DNA of 64,000 nt from an uncultured Rhabdochlamydiaceae bacterium (GTDB lineage: Bacteria > Chlamydiota > Chlamydiia > Chlamydiales > Rhabdochlamydiaceae). Made by a program: the position numbers and the translations under genes. Within the stretch, counting starts at the first letter, position 1; every line of letters begins with the position of its first letter. This document shows, one piece after another, positions 48,426 to 59,300 of this stretch. The notes below the pieces were generated by a model. That model searched no databases, was not told the DNA's origin, and saw only the letters and a list, made by a program, of their open reading frames with translations. The stretch lies in NCBI GenBank assembly GCA_963712275.1, contig CAVQHD010000001.1, positions 1,024,001-1,088,000 of the forward strand, in the 5' to 3' direction.

Positions 48426-49789
48426 TTTTGATTTTTTTCCTTCCATTTCAGGCTCGATTCTATAAGTTTCTGAAGCCTCTTTCACTCTCTTTTATCCGCC
48501 CAGAGTGGTCTTTTCCTCTTTACTTTGAACGGTATGCAGATCTTTTCCTCTCGGATCTTTTTTTAATGGTGCTATTAGGATGGAGCCTTTACCGAAAACA
48601 GGTGGATCTTCAGTCGTTTTGGCAAGATGAGAAGAAATATCTGACGATTTTTTTAGCCTTAGCAGGGTTTTCGATTTTGATGAGCGACTTTTCGTCTTAT
48701 GCCCTTTCTTATTGGAGATGGGGCCACCTTCTGATAGCCGCTTTGTTTGTGTATTGCCTCCGTTTTTGGATAACGGCATCGATCAAAACTGCTTTGCAGA
48801 CGATTGCAATGGTTGTTGTTTTAAGCGGCATCTTAGAATGCTGCGTGGCGCTTCCACAATACTTTTTGCAACATCAACTCGGTCTTAAAATGGTCGGAGA
48901 GCCAACCCTTGTCTCTAATCATAGCCAAGCGCCTCACTTTTTGATGCCGAAGGGAGCTTTAACTTCGCTAGACTATCTTTTGAAGCCGTTGCAAGAGCCG
49001 TCAGTTGTTTTACGGGCAGCAGGAACGCTTCCTCATCCGAATATCCTGGGAGGATTCTTGGTTTTTTCTCTTCTGATGACTTTTTTGCTCTATGAAAAAA
49101 ATAAAAAAGGATGGATTGCCATCGCTCTGATTATTCAAGTCCTGACGTTGTTTGTATCGTATTCTCGGGCAGCTTTATTTGCTCTTATGGGAGCGACCTT
49201 GATTTGGTTTCTTTTGTACTACCTCTATCAGAAAAAGATCCCTGCAGTTTGGAAGCCCCTTGTCCTTGGTTTTGTTTTTTCAGTGGCGCTTTTCTTCCCG
49301 CAGCTATTTTATCGAGGAGGGATTGTCTCTTATAATCAGCTGACTCAAGCCTCCGATGGGATCCGCGTGGAGATGCAAAATGTGGGAATGAAGATGATCC
49401 AAGATTATCCATGGCTTGGGGTTGGGTTTAATCATTCTCTGATCGCGCTTTCAAAATACGAGACTAGCTTAGGCGTGCAGCCGACATTTGTTCATAATAT
49501 CTATCTCTTAATCGGGATTGAAACGGGGGGTATCGGCCTTGCTTTTTTTCTGATCTATTGTGCGAACATTGTTTGGAGGGGGTGGCAGAGCCGCCGCTCC
49601 ATTGAAGGATGTACGCTCTTTGCCATTCTTCTTGCTTTTTTAGCCATAGGACTTGTCGACCATTATCCTATTGTCAATCAGCAAACCCGATTGATTTTTT
49701 TCCTGGTCGCAGGGCTCGCTTCACTGACCTGCCAGGCTCCAGAAGTAATTAAACCATCCCCCGCCTTGAGCAGACGGAGCATCTCCTAG
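48392..49789 (+). CDS. O-antigen ligase family membrane protein
   Basis: Multiple TM segments; RAAGTLPHPN, SYSRAA, PWLGVG and HNIYL motifs. Confidence 0.85.
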   Translation: MALSFTFRLSLILIFFLPFQARFYKFLKPLSLSFIRPEWSFPLYFERYADLFLSDLFLMVLLGWSLYRKQVDLQSFWQDEKKYLTIFLALAGFSILMSDFSSYALSYWRWGHLLIAALFVYCLRFWITASIKTALQTIAMVVVLSGILECCVALPQYFLQHQLGLKMVGEPTLVSNHSQAPHFLMPKGALTSLDYLLKPLQEPSVVLRAAGTLPHPNILGGFLVFSLLMTFLLYEKNKKGWIAIALIIQVLTLFVSYSRAALFALMGATLIWFLLYYLYQKKIPAVWKPLVLGFVFSVALFFPQLFYRGGIVSYNQLTQASDGIRVEMQNVGMKMIQDYPWLGVGFNHSLIALSKYETSLGVQPTFVHNIYLLIGIETGGIGLAFFLIYCANIVWRGWQSRRSIEGCTLFAILLAFLAIGLVDHYPIVNQQTRLIFFLVAGLASLTCQAPEVIKPSPALSRRSIS

Positions 49790-51082
49790 GTCAACCCACT
49801 CGCTTAAAGCAGGGGAGTTCCAATAGGAGGAGGGGCTTTCGATGGTTGGGCTGGCTGACTCCACGGAAGGTGAAATAAAATCGTAGTTTCTTAAATATTC
49901 CCAGGGATTCATGAAAATAAAATTGTTTAATTGGGTGTTTCCTGGATTTACGATGATCGGTTTGTCTTGATGGATGCTTGTCATCACAGGATGGTGTCCT
50001 GGTGTTTGAGGTGGGATGGCAAGCGTCTCTAATTCGAGAGGAGACCCAGAGCTTGCCAAAAGTTGCCCCTCTTTTAATACAATTCCTTCGTTCATCCGCC
50101 GAGGAGTTCCATCTCCAGGAAAGACATACAGCACATCGTTTTCTTGCGAGAGAGCTTCTGCTTCTTTGAGGGAGGAGAAGGGGCGCTCAAATGTTCCATT
50201 CCCTAAAGGCGCAGCGGTATTATCGATAAACACAAATCGGACCAATTCATTCTTAGAAGAGAAGAAAGGGATCTTGGAATCCCTTCGGCTTTGAACTGGG
50301 ATGATTTCATTTCGGACAATGGGAAGATGTTGCAGGTCTCTAGGCCTTTCTTTTAACTTCTCTTTTGATTTCCAGGGACCTAAAGGAATGTGAAGCGACA
50401 AAACTCCTTGCACTCGCGTATGGAAGAGGCGGTCATGTGTGATGAGCGCGCCTAGAGTCAAGTACCGTCCTAGATCGACATCGAATCGGACTTTTGCTCC
50501 CAAGGCATCTCCAACTCGTAGAGAATGGCTTGATTGAGGAAAAAGGTAATAGGTTCCAATTGCAAAATAAAATGGCTTTGCAAGCGGTGTGCCAACTTCT
50601 CCCTCAACACAAGGAAGCGTGGCGTAGAGTTTTCGTTTAACAAGGACTGAATTTCCAGAAAATCCTTTGAATGTATATTCGTGGAAACTTCGCTGCTGGC
50701 CAAAGGGAAGATACCCATTGATTCTCACATCCACCTCGCGACTGACCCATTCTAAGCCTCCGGCAGCTTGATGCGCGAAAAAGTGGGATGTATCGCGAAA
50801 ATCATAGTAAAGGTTGATTCCAAGACGAGAAGAGTCTTCATTTAAAAAGTACCGAAATCCAAATCCTATATTTCCTGCCGATTTAGCATCATTAAAAAGA
50901 TGGCCTCGAAGATTGAAGAGAAACTCATACTTTGCTTGCTCGCAGGTCAGAGAATAATCCAAAGTTGAATACCCTTGATTGTATCCAACGCTTTGAGATT
51001 CTCGATGCCGTAGAGATAGCTCTGAGTCGACCGCACAGAGGGAGGTCATTAAAATTGTTGTTATTAGAAGAGTAGCTCTCAT
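49721..51082 (-). CDS. Short inverse-autotransporter-like protein
   Basis: Paralogous to 15437-18457: GINLYYDFR, RINGYLP, VRNEIIPV, FIDNT, GTFERPF, VFPGDGT. Confidence 0.82.
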   Translation of the reverse strand: MRATLLITTILMTSLCAVDSELSLRHRESQSVGYNQGYSTLDYSLTCEQAKYEFLFNLRGHLFNDAKSAGNIGFGFRYFLNEDSSRLGINLYYDFRDTSHFFAHQAAGGLEWVSREVDVRINGYLPFGQQRSFHEYTFKGFSGNSVLVKRKLYATLPCVEGEVGTPLAKPFYFAIGTYYLFPQSSHSLRVGDALGAKVRFDVDLGRYLTLGALITHDRLFHTRVQGVLSLHIPLGPWKSKEKLKERPRDLQHLPIVRNEIIPVQSRRDSKIPFFSSKNELVRFVFIDNTAAPLGNGTFERPFSSLKEAEALSQENDVLYVFPGDGTPRRMNEGIVLKEGQLLASSGSPLELETLAIPPQTPGHHPVMTSIHQDKPIIVNPGNTQLNNFIFMNPWEYLRNYDFISPSVESASPTIESPSSYWNSPALSEWVDLGDAPSAQGGGWFNYFWSLAGQ

Positions 51083-51166
51083 AGATTTTTTCTATCATGA
51101 ATTTAAGAAAAATCCAAACAAATTTTCTTGATCCATCTTAGACCTCTCGGATATATAAAGAGGAAT

Positions 51167-52249
51167 ATGTGGGATCAATTTGTAAAAGGATTCATTTATT
51201 TTGGGATGCCTGTTGTCACAGCCTACCATTTACTTACAGGCAATGTGTTTCTCAATACGTCAGCTCAAGATGCAACAGGCTTTGAAAAAGCAGGAAATCT
51301 CGTTTTAACTCCTGTTCAGTATCTTCTCTGTGGAAAAGCAGCAACCCCGGAGGGAGAAACCTACCGCCTTGACGAGCAGTTCGACTATCGCAACTACCTG
51401 GCGTTTAAAAGCACCGTTTCTCTCTTAAGCCTTCCTGTTTCTCTCCCGATTGGATCTTGTTTGAAGGGGCTTGCATACCTATCGCAGGCAACTCGAGATC
51501 GTCACGCGAAAGTGGTTTCAGCCATAAATTCTGTCAAGATATCCTCTAATCTCGATCTCTACCGCCATCTGGGGATTCCGCTCTCTTCTACACCTACGCC
51601 GATCCCTTCACCGCAGTATCAACGAAGGCCTGGAGAAGAATCTGTTCTTGCTCAAGAAAAAGAACTCCTTTGTCAAATTGTTTCCCTCTTCAATGAAAAT
51701 CAAATTCCATATTGGGTTGATTGCGGGACCTGCCTTGGCGCTTATCGATATGGAGGTGCGATCCCCTGGGATAAAGATATCGATATGGCAGTCCTTTTGC
51801 CCGATTTTCAAAATGTCATGCGGGTTTTAAATCAGCTCGATCCAGAAAAATATCACGTACAGGATTGGTCGAATAGATGCCTGCCCAAGACCTATATCCG
51901 TGTCTACATTAAAGAGAACCGAAACCATATCGATATTTATCATTATGCGATAGATCCAGAAAAAAGAACCCTAACCTATATCCTCTCCAATGAAGAGAGC
52001 AGTTTTATGGTTGAATCGTGGAAAATCCGGGAGAGGAGATTTAAGTTCCCCTCCTCCTTTGATACGATTTTTCCTCTCCGCAAAGCGCAATTTGATGGAA
52101 TTGAAGTCTCTGTTCCAAACCAAACGGAAAAGTATCTTCAAGAGCGGTATGGAGAGAACATCGGCCCTATCAAAATCTACAATGAAGCGACAGGGGAGTA
52201 TGAGAAGGACCTTTCTCATCCCTACTGGCAGCTTTCTCATGTGTATTAA
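51167..52249 (+). CDS. LicD-family nucleotidyltransferase-fold protein
   Basis: YWVDCGTCLGAYRYGGAIPWDKDID and YLQERYG motifs; start placed at ATG 51167. Confidence 0.88.
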   Translation: MWDQFVKGFIYFGMPVVTAYHLLTGNVFLNTSAQDATGFEKAGNLVLTPVQYLLCGKAATPEGETYRLDEQFDYRNYLAFKSTVSLLSLPVSLPIGSCLKGLAYLSQATRDRHAKVVSAINSVKISSNLDLYRHLGIPLSSTPTPIPSPQYQRRPGEESVLAQEKELLCQIVSLFNENQIPYWVDCGTCLGAYRYGGAIPWDKDIDMAVLLPDFQNVMRVLNQLDPEKYHVQDWSNRCLPKTYIRVYIKENRNHIDIYHYAIDPEKRTLTYILSNEESSFMVESWKIRERRFKFPSSFDTIFPLRKAQFDGIEVSVPNQTEKYLQERYGENIGPIKIYNEATGEYEKDLSHPYWQLSHVY

Positions 52250-53628
52250 TGCCAGGTTTTCAGCCAGGTATCATACTCTGAGGGTCTGAGCCGGAATCGG
52301 GCAATATTTCCCTTGTGCAGGCTCATCAGCTCAGTTTCAACGATTTCAATAAATCTTGCCTGATTTTCCACTGATATAGCATCACAGGCCTTCTGTTTGA
52401 TTGCCGCCACTGCCGCTTGCTTATCCATGCATCCGCGAATAATCTCTCCAACCAGTGTGATGATGAAATTGCGATGCCGCAAACGAAAGAGGTCAGGTTC
52501 CCCAAGTTGTTGACGTGTTGCCGAGTAAAGAGAGCTGGAGCGCTCATATGCCCACACAAAGACTTCGCGGAGTAATTCAATACGGTTTAATTCATAGACG
52601 CCAAGAAGTCCGCTGATATAGACCTCTTCAGGCACGTCTACAAATGATAAAGGGCATAGGTTCCCACGAATCAGGGGAATATTGGCGGCAAGCCTTGATA
52701 CTCGCTTGTTAACATCCAGGAAAGGTTGTAAATAAGGCAACTGAACCATCACAAAAAAGGACTGCTCAAAAGGGTCTGTAATGGCGTCGGCTGTGTCTAA
52801 AATCTGTTGGAAGTATTCGTGAATTAATTGCGGGACTGCTAGCGGTCGATACACCGATTTAGCTATGCCCACTGGTTGCAAGCGAAGGCTGCCGCAGGCT
52901 TTCTGGTCGCGCAGTAAATTGTCTGATAAAAGAGCATGCAAACTTAAAATAGTAAAACTATTAAATCGGATCTGCTCAGCCGACTCTACCATAAATTCAA
53001 TAGCGGCCTTGTGGTTTAGGATCATCTGAGCTTCCATGCTATCCTTCCCTTCCGGAGCTTCCCCTAATTCCAACAAACGTTCCGTTTCGAGCAGCGAATA
53101 GGTATTTCCTTCTAATCGGCTTGAATTCCATGACAAATCGATCAGTAGGCGATTTAATATTTGCCTGGCATAGGTTCCTGCTGGACGTTCGGCATCTGGA
53201 GATTTTCCGATTTCAAATAAATGGTTCCGGGTCTTTTCAGAAAGATAGTAGGTCTCATTAGGGCGATAGTTGTTGAGAAATTCTCGATGATACCCAACCG
53301 GGCGGCGCGCTTGGATGGGCTCGTGGACATTTGCTTGAATAGACAAAGCGGTTGATGATAGTGGGATACTGGTTAGGGGAGCATCTTTCATTGAAAAAAT
53401 AACAGGTTCTGTATCTGTAATGGGCAAGAGATAGCGTCTGGAGCGAGCTTTGCCCAAGGCGTTTAGGCGGGCTTCCATCACCAAAAAAGCTAAATACCGT
53501 TGCAAGGAGCGCCTGGGCAAGGGTGAGGTCAGTGTTCTTAAAATATTTTCTACAGAAGCTCCCTGAGGAAAACGGCTTACTATTTGCAAAATGGTATCAA
53601 AGATTTTATCAGAAACGTGCTTTACCAT
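52246..53628 (-). CDS. Fic-family protein with N-terminal winged HTH and non-canonical motif
   Basis: QPFLDVNKRVSR Fic-like motif, SSRLEGN, N-terminal RRSLQRYL helix. Confidence 0.9.
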   Translation of the reverse strand: MVKHVSDKIFDTILQIVSRFPQGASVENILRTLTSPLPRRSLQRYLAFLVMEARLNALGKARSRRYLLPITDTEPVIFSMKDAPLTSIPLSSTALSIQANVHEPIQARRPVGYHREFLNNYRPNETYYLSEKTRNHLFEIGKSPDAERPAGTYARQILNRLLIDLSWNSSRLEGNTYSLLETERLLELGEAPEGKDSMEAQMILNHKAAIEFMVESAEQIRFNSFTILSLHALLSDNLLRDQKACGSLRLQPVGIAKSVYRPLAVPQLIHEYFQQILDTADAITDPFEQSFFVMVQLPYLQPFLDVNKRVSRLAANIPLIRGNLCPLSFVDVPEEVYISGLLGVYELNRIELLREVFVWAYERSSSLYSATRQQLGEPDLFRLRHRNFIITLVGEIIRGCMDKQAAVAAIKQKACDAISVENQARFIEIVETELMSLHKGNIARFRLRPSEYDTWLKTWH

Positions 53629-53650
53629 CGATTTTCTCTCCTAATCAAGA

Positions 53651-53734
53651 GGCGCGATTCTTCTAATCGCGCCATTTGAAGAGCATTATACGCGAGTTTT
53701 GATTAATCGCGCCACTTTTAGTGGCGCGATTAAT
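53651..53734 (-). promoter_or_regulatory. AATCGCGCC operator-like inverted repeats around a TATAAT box
   Basis: 9-bp pair 53651-59/53665-73; perfect 15-bp pair 53702-16/53720-34; minus-strand TATAAT at 53685-90. Confidence 0.7.
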
Positions 53735-53757
53735 GTGGTTTTTGTAAAGCATTTTTT

Positions 53758-54831
53758 TTAATGCAAAATTGCGTTGTGGGCATTCACCAGTTCTGATGGA
53801 TCAATGGCAACATATTTGATTTGGGTGCGATTGAAGGTGTAGGTGATGTGAATCCAATTGTCTTTTGTCTGAATGATGCTGGGATAAGAATATTCACCTG
53901 GAGCGTCTTCGAGAACAAGAAAAGAGTGCCAATGCAGTCCACCATCGTCTGAAAGGGCGAGATTAAGAGGTGTCCGTTCTTTAGAAGAATGATTATAAAC
54001 CAGGAGAATTTGCCCATTATGCAGTCGGATGGCGTCAATGGCTGAATTAGGGTTAGGAAGGGTGGTTGCAGCAGCATTTGTCCATGTCTTTCCTTCGTCT
54101 TCTGAAATGGATGTACAGATATATCCTACATTGTGAGAGCGAGCCAAAAGGCGAAGCTTCCCTTCAGGAGTGAAAAACAGCGTCGGTTGAATGATTCCAA
54201 AAACATTATCTTTCAGGTTGATTGAATAACTCTTACTCCACGTCTTGCCTTGATCTGCAGTCATATCAATCCAGCAACCCCATCTATGCCATGATTCGAT
54301 CGATGAACCGCAAAGGAGCGTTCCATTGTCAAGTAGAAGAGGCTTATTTTTCACAGGGCCAATAATGCCTGCAGGCAGATTTTCTACTGAAGACCAGTTT
54401 TTTCCTTCATCATAGGATCGTTTAATTGCGCCTGACCAAGAAGAAGGGCGGAGGCCGACTTTATAAAAAAGAAGAACCTCTCCTGAGGGAAGGGTAAATA
54501 ATACGGGATTCCAGCAAGGAGCTTCACTTTCTTTTACAATGAGACAAGGAGTGCTCCATCCTTTCGATGTTCGAACTGAGAGCCAAATTCCCACATCTAT
54601 TGCCCCTTCTTCACTCCCTGCGAAGTAAGCACATAAAAGCGTTCCCGAGGATGTTTGTGTCAATGTAGAAGCATGGCAAGAGGCAAAGGGAGGATTTTCA
54701 AAGACAAACTCTTCCAAAATCTCAGCCGAGAGACAGGAGAAAAGAGAACAAAAGAAAAAGGTCCATTTACACCAACTCAAAGAAAAGATACTGAGTTGAT
54801 GGCGTAATTTTTTTAATGAGGCTTCCAACAT
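53758..54831 (-). CDS. BNR/Asp-box beta-propeller (sialidase-like) protein
   Basis: Asp boxes SYDEGKNW, TADQGKTW, SEDEGKTW, SDDGGLHW; YSYP motif. Confidence 0.88.
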   Translation of the reverse strand: MLEASLKKLRHQLSIFSLSWCKWTFFFCSLFSCLSAEILEEFVFENPPFASCHASTLTQTSSGTLLCAYFAGSEEGAIDVGIWLSVRTSKGWSTPCLIVKESEAPCWNPVLFTLPSGEVLLFYKVGLRPSSWSGAIKRSYDEGKNWSSVENLPAGIIGPVKNKPLLLDNGTLLCGSSIESWHRWGCWIDMTADQGKTWSKSYSINLKDNVFGIIQPTLFFTPEGKLRLLARSHNVGYICTSISEDEGKTWTNAAATTLPNPNSAIDAIRLHNGQILLVYNHSSKERTPLNLALSDDGGLHWHSFLVLEDAPGEYSYPSIIQTKDNWIHITYTFNRTQIKYVAIDPSELVNAHNAILH

Positions 54832-55048
54832 ATTCCCTCTCTGCTAAGCGACCAAACCTACTTTAAAAACGCTCAAAAAGCAAAGCATTTTTCTTCGACT
54901 TGCTATACTGCGGTCGGCATGAAACAATGAGATGACAGGCAAAGCAAGGGAGATGCCAATCGTTAACTACTTGCACCGCCACTTTTTCTCCTGTGATCGG
55001 TTTGTCGGCGCCGACAAAGTGATGGCTTGGATGATTTCCAGAAGGAAC

Positions 55049-56026
55049 TCAAACAATGATGCCGTGCTGCTTAAACCAATCGAAGGTGTCTCGCAAGGTA
55101 TCTGTCAGGGGGCGGGGGTAGAAATCGAGTTCGCGACGGGCTTTAAGGGAGCTGATATTGCGGTTGCATCGGAGGAGGACTTCAAGGGTTTCATGCGTGT
55201 AGAGCATTGGGGTGTGAGTTAAACGGCTCATCACTTTTGCAATTGGCACGCTCATTTTTGCAAGCCAGTGAGGGGAAGTGAACTTGGGAGGCTGTACTCC
55301 TGTTGTGTCTTGTACAAGGGAAGCCAGATCTTTGATCGGTTTCCACATGCCGGAAATCACGTACCGCTCGCCGGGTTTTCCACGTTCCATGGCTGCAATG
55401 GCGGCTTTTGCAATATCTCGAACATCCACCCAATCGAATCCTCCATCAATTAAGGAGGGAAGTTTTCGATTGTAGAGAGCCAAAAGCCCTTGCCCTAGAA
55501 GGGAAGGTTGAAAATCATAAGGTCCAATTGCCGCGGTCGGAATTAAGATGACGGCATCGAGTCCTTGGGCAACTCCTTTCAGGACCTCTTTTTCAGCATC
55601 CGATTTTGCCAGATCGTGCACAAAACCTTTGGGGCCTACAAGAGGGCGGCTTTCATCTAAGAGTCCTTCGGGGGATTGTTCAATGGCGTGAATGGAGCTA
55701 AAATAAATCAGCCGCTGGACACCAGTTACAAGACAAGCTTCAACCACATTTTTGGTTCCTGTGACATTCACAGTGCGGACCATCCCGTCTTTATCTCCAT
55801 CAATAGAAATTTTTCCTGCCGCGTGAAAAACGGTGTTGCAGCCGGTTAAAAAGGATCGTAAGCTCTTAGGATGGAGAATATCTCCCTTCTTTTTTTCAAG
55901 ATTCAAGCCTTCAATTGAAAGATCATTTTGATGAACAAGAGCCTTCACCTGGTATCCTCGCTCAAGAAGCGTGCGGCAGAGGTTATTTCCGATGTGCCCC
56001 GAGGCGCCAATCACTGCAATAGGCAT
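55049..56026 (-). CDS. NAD-dependent epimerase/dehydratase (dihydroflavonol reductase-like extended SDR)
   Basis: GASGHIG, FHAAG and VDVRDIA motifs; HDLAK at the YxxxK position. Confidence 0.9.
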   Translation of the reverse strand: MPIAVIGASGHIGNNLCRTLLERGYQVKALVHQNDLSIEGLNLEKKKGDILHPKSLRSFLTGCNTVFHAAGKISIDGDKDGMVRTVNVTGTKNVVEACLVTGVQRLIYFSSIHAIEQSPEGLLDESRPLVGPKGFVHDLAKSDAEKEVLKGVAQGLDAVILIPTAAIGPYDFQPSLLGQGLLALYNRKLPSLIDGGFDWVDVRDIAKAAIAAMERGKPGERYVISGMWKPIKDLASLVQDTTGVQPPKFTSPHWLAKMSVPIAKVMSRLTHTPMLYTHETLEVLLRCNRNISSLKARRELDFYPRPLTDTLRDTFDWFKQHGIIV

Positions 56027-56162
56027 CAGCTACCCCAAAGACGGGCCATTAAAAAAAGAAGTTTTCCCATGTACCTTTTACTGTAGAGCGAAAAGAAAAA
56101 AAATACAAGACGGTACCTTTCAAAAATTGAATACATACTGAATGTGAACTCAAGGAAAAAGA

Positions 56163-56192
56163 TTGCGAAAAAACGGTTTTTTCAAGTATGGT
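56163..56192 (+). promoter_or_regulatory. Putative sigma70-type promoter of the tRNA pair
   Basis: TTGCGA-N18-TATGGT, 16 nt upstream of tRNA-Ala. Confidence 0.45.
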
Positions 56193-56208
56193 GCTTGCTT
56201 ATTTGTTT

Positions 56209-56281
56209 GGGGGTTTAGCTCAGTTGGTAGAGCATCTGATTTGCATTCAGAGGGTCAGGAGTTCGAGTCTCCTAACCTCCA
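56209..56281 (+). tRNA. tRNA-Ala (TGC)
   Basis: Cloverleaf, acceptor GGGGGTT/AACCTCC with G3:U70, anticodon TGC, GTTCGAG T-loop; CCA not encoded. Confidence 0.97.
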
Positions 56282-56294
56282 TAATATGGTTTAG

Positions 56295-56368
56295 GCGGTT
56301 ATAGCTCAGTTGGTTAGAGCGCGACACTGATAATGTCGAGGTCCCTAGTTCAAATCTAGGTAGCCGCA
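56295..56368 (+). tRNA. tRNA-Ile (GAT)
   Basis: Acceptor GCGGTTA/TAGCCGC, anticodon arm CGACA-CTGATAA-TGTCG, GTTCAAA T-loop; CCA not encoded. Confidence 0.97.
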
Positions 56369-56392
56369 TTTTTTCCCTGAACCCTCTGTCTT

Positions 56393-59300
56393 TTAAAGAA
56401 GCGAGCGGGATTGGCCATGACCATGATACATGGAAGCAAGGGTTGATGCTTTGCTTTGTTTGTTCTGTGAGGGATAGTCTCGTAATTTCTGGATAGCTTG
56501 GCCAAGCGGCTTCAGTTCAGCGTAATTCTCATCCTCTAGGACATCTAAGAAGTCCTGTACATTGAACATTGGATCGGTCTTTTCAAGGAATTGTATATAA
56601 GAATCTGCTGTTAGGGCAATTACCGTTTTCCCTTCATCTGTTTCAGCGCAATTAAACTGTTGTACAAAGTTTCCTAGGAGCCCGTCAACCTCTGTTCTCG
56701 TATCATCAGCTAAAAAGGTATCAAACTTTGTCGATAAAATAGTCCAGTGATATTCAAGCCGTTTTTGTACAGCTTCTATTAAGTGCTTGCCCTTATCAGG
56801 TGTCCACTTTGCTGCACTCTCCAGATTGATTTGTAGATTGTTCATGAATGCTTGAAAGTTAATTTCGCGCACGTTCGATAGAACGTCTTCGGAGGGAACT
56901 ATTTGTAATAAAGAGTCGTCAATTGCTGCTGTTTTTGGTTGGAAAGGAGAAATAGCCATCAATGTTGTTGTCCATTCAGTCTCACTCTTTTTAGTAATTT
57001 TGAAGCTGTAGGAATATTTAAAAGTAAGTGAGGAAATTGTAGCCTCTTCATCGACTTTTAACCAGAAAAAGGAATCATCTCCTTCCTGGAGTGTGAAGGT
57101 GCGCGAACAGTTAAAAGGCTTGTCCCCTGAACATGCGTCCCAAATAGGACCTAAAAGAAAAGAAAGAGAAGTGAATTGGGCTAGTGCTTCTTGGACGGGA
57201 AAAGGAATTCCTTCAGTCGTTTTAAAGACAGAGAGTTCTTTTTGGAGGGTTGGAACAAATTGTGTTTTATCAGAGAGACGAGGAAAATCGTATGATTTGT
57301 TTTGACCTTGAATGACATAGCTAGTGCGAGGGAAATCTTTTCGAAAGTCCCTTGTTTTTTGAAAATCTTTATCTCCTTCGAGCCCATCTCGGATCAATGT
57401 GTCGGCATAGTTGTCAGAAGGCCAGGAGAAATGGCTTTTCTCCACCATGCTCCATACGGTCTCTTCGTTAAAGTGATTGAGGTATTTAAATAGCTGTACG
57501 GGAGAGTTTTTTGCAGCATCGAGGAGCTGTTTCATGGTTGAGGGGAGAGATCCTTTCGATTGGTAGAGCATTTGAAGCGAAACCCAGTTATTCGCAATCT
57601 CTTGAAGAATCTTTTTTTGATCGTCATTTAATGAGGTTGGTTCTCCTGATTTAACAAATCTAATCAGCGCTTTCTTTTGACTGGAATCCAGGGTTTCGAT
57701 TTTGTCAAAAAGAATCTGAAGAGAAGGGGCGATTTGGGTAGGATGATTTGTTTTGCAAAAGCTTCTCTCTTGCATTGTCTCTGACTTGCGGTCGAGCCAC
57801 TTTGCGCGGGTCCCTGAGCGGAAGGGTAAGATCAAAAGAGTTAAAAAGAGGTATTTCCACACTTCCCAGGCATGTTCTTTATATTTGACATAGAGAATTG
57901 CCAAAACTATGGGAAAGAGAGCGACATAAAGAGTTGTCACTACAAGAGAAAAAATGGAAAGGGCAAGCCCGGTGGCAATCCGTTGCAAAAGGGAAGGGGA
58001 ATAAACATTTCGGCTGGTTAATACGCTGGTCGGAAGGGTGTGCTCAAAGAGAGAATGTCGATAGTCGTACCCTCGGTTTTGCGTATACAGTTTTCCCCCC
58101 AATTCTCCGGAAAACCCAACTCCTTGGTCTGTCATGGGGAGATTTTCGAAGAAAGCAGCCTCTGAGAGTTCTCGAAAGGCACTATCTTTGAAAAATAATC
58201 TAGGGTCTTGAGGAACATCCTTTTTTCCCTTCCACTGCTCTAATGTCAGCCACTGATGAATCGCTTTTTTAATCGCGACAATCGGCGCTGTTCGATCTTT
58301 TGAGCTCTTGCAATGGGCGTGGTAGGGGATTTTCAAGAGTTCGCAAATATAGGCTCGGAGAATCAGTTGATCGCGAGCAGAGGGGCGGTCATTTTTAAGG
58401 GCATTCAGGCAAAATTCAATGGCCTTTTTGTGAGAGGATGGTAAAGACGCCTCTCGGTTTCTGAAAATAGCTTCGAGTGTATTGACTCCTTGATGAAAAA
58501 GCTCTTGCGCAATGTCAGCTCCTGTGGAGCTCCACCCACCCCATTGGGGAAAATAGGAGTTGTAATTGGTCTGAGTAGAAAAATAGATAGGCTGTAATTT
58601 TAGTTGTACCCTTGATCCATCTACGAGAGTGGCTACTTTGATTTGCCCTGTCAGATCTGCAAGAGTTTCTTTTTCTTGAAGGAGAAACTTCCGTTCGCTG
58701 ACAGCAATCGGGGCTGCACTGACCATATTTTCAACGACAAAAGGGTAAAGATAGGTGCCATCTTCTTGAGGGATTAAATCTGTCTTAGTTAATTGACCTG
58801 AAGAGCATGTTTTGTCCACAAGGCAATTGATGACTTGGTGGGCTTTTCGAGGAGATTCTATCCGTCCTGCAGAGTAGATGACATGCCCTTTTTGATTGAG
58901 GTTGAGGCGCGCATTTTGAACATCGGGATGATCGCGATCATAGGATGAAGGGATGGTTTGGGTGAGGGCAATTGTATTGCCGTTATGGTCTTTATAGGCT
59001 TTCCCATCGGCCAGTTGAGGGGGACGGATATAAGTCATCTTCCCTTTTGTCAGGTCTTGCAGCTCTTTCCGCATGTCCATCACTGCACCAAACAATAAAT
59101 TTATAAGAAGGGGAGATTTAGTTACGTGAAAAACGCATACGTATAAAAGCGTTCCATCATGTATTCCCTGGTCAGAAAAAACAAAGTCTGCAAGGGGGGC
59201 TAGATCGATATTGGCATTTCCTACGATCTTCTTCAAGCGGCTCATAACGATGTCGTAAAGCCCTAGACTTTTGGCGAGGGGAACTTTCATATCCAAAGAG

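Noticed and set aside
51139..51163. TAGACCTCTC resembling the mini-palindrome terminus
   Set aside because: No complementary second arm
56209..56392. tRNA pair as rRNA spacer or integration site
   Set aside because: No rRNA flanks, no integrase and no duplicated tRNA 3' end seen in the window
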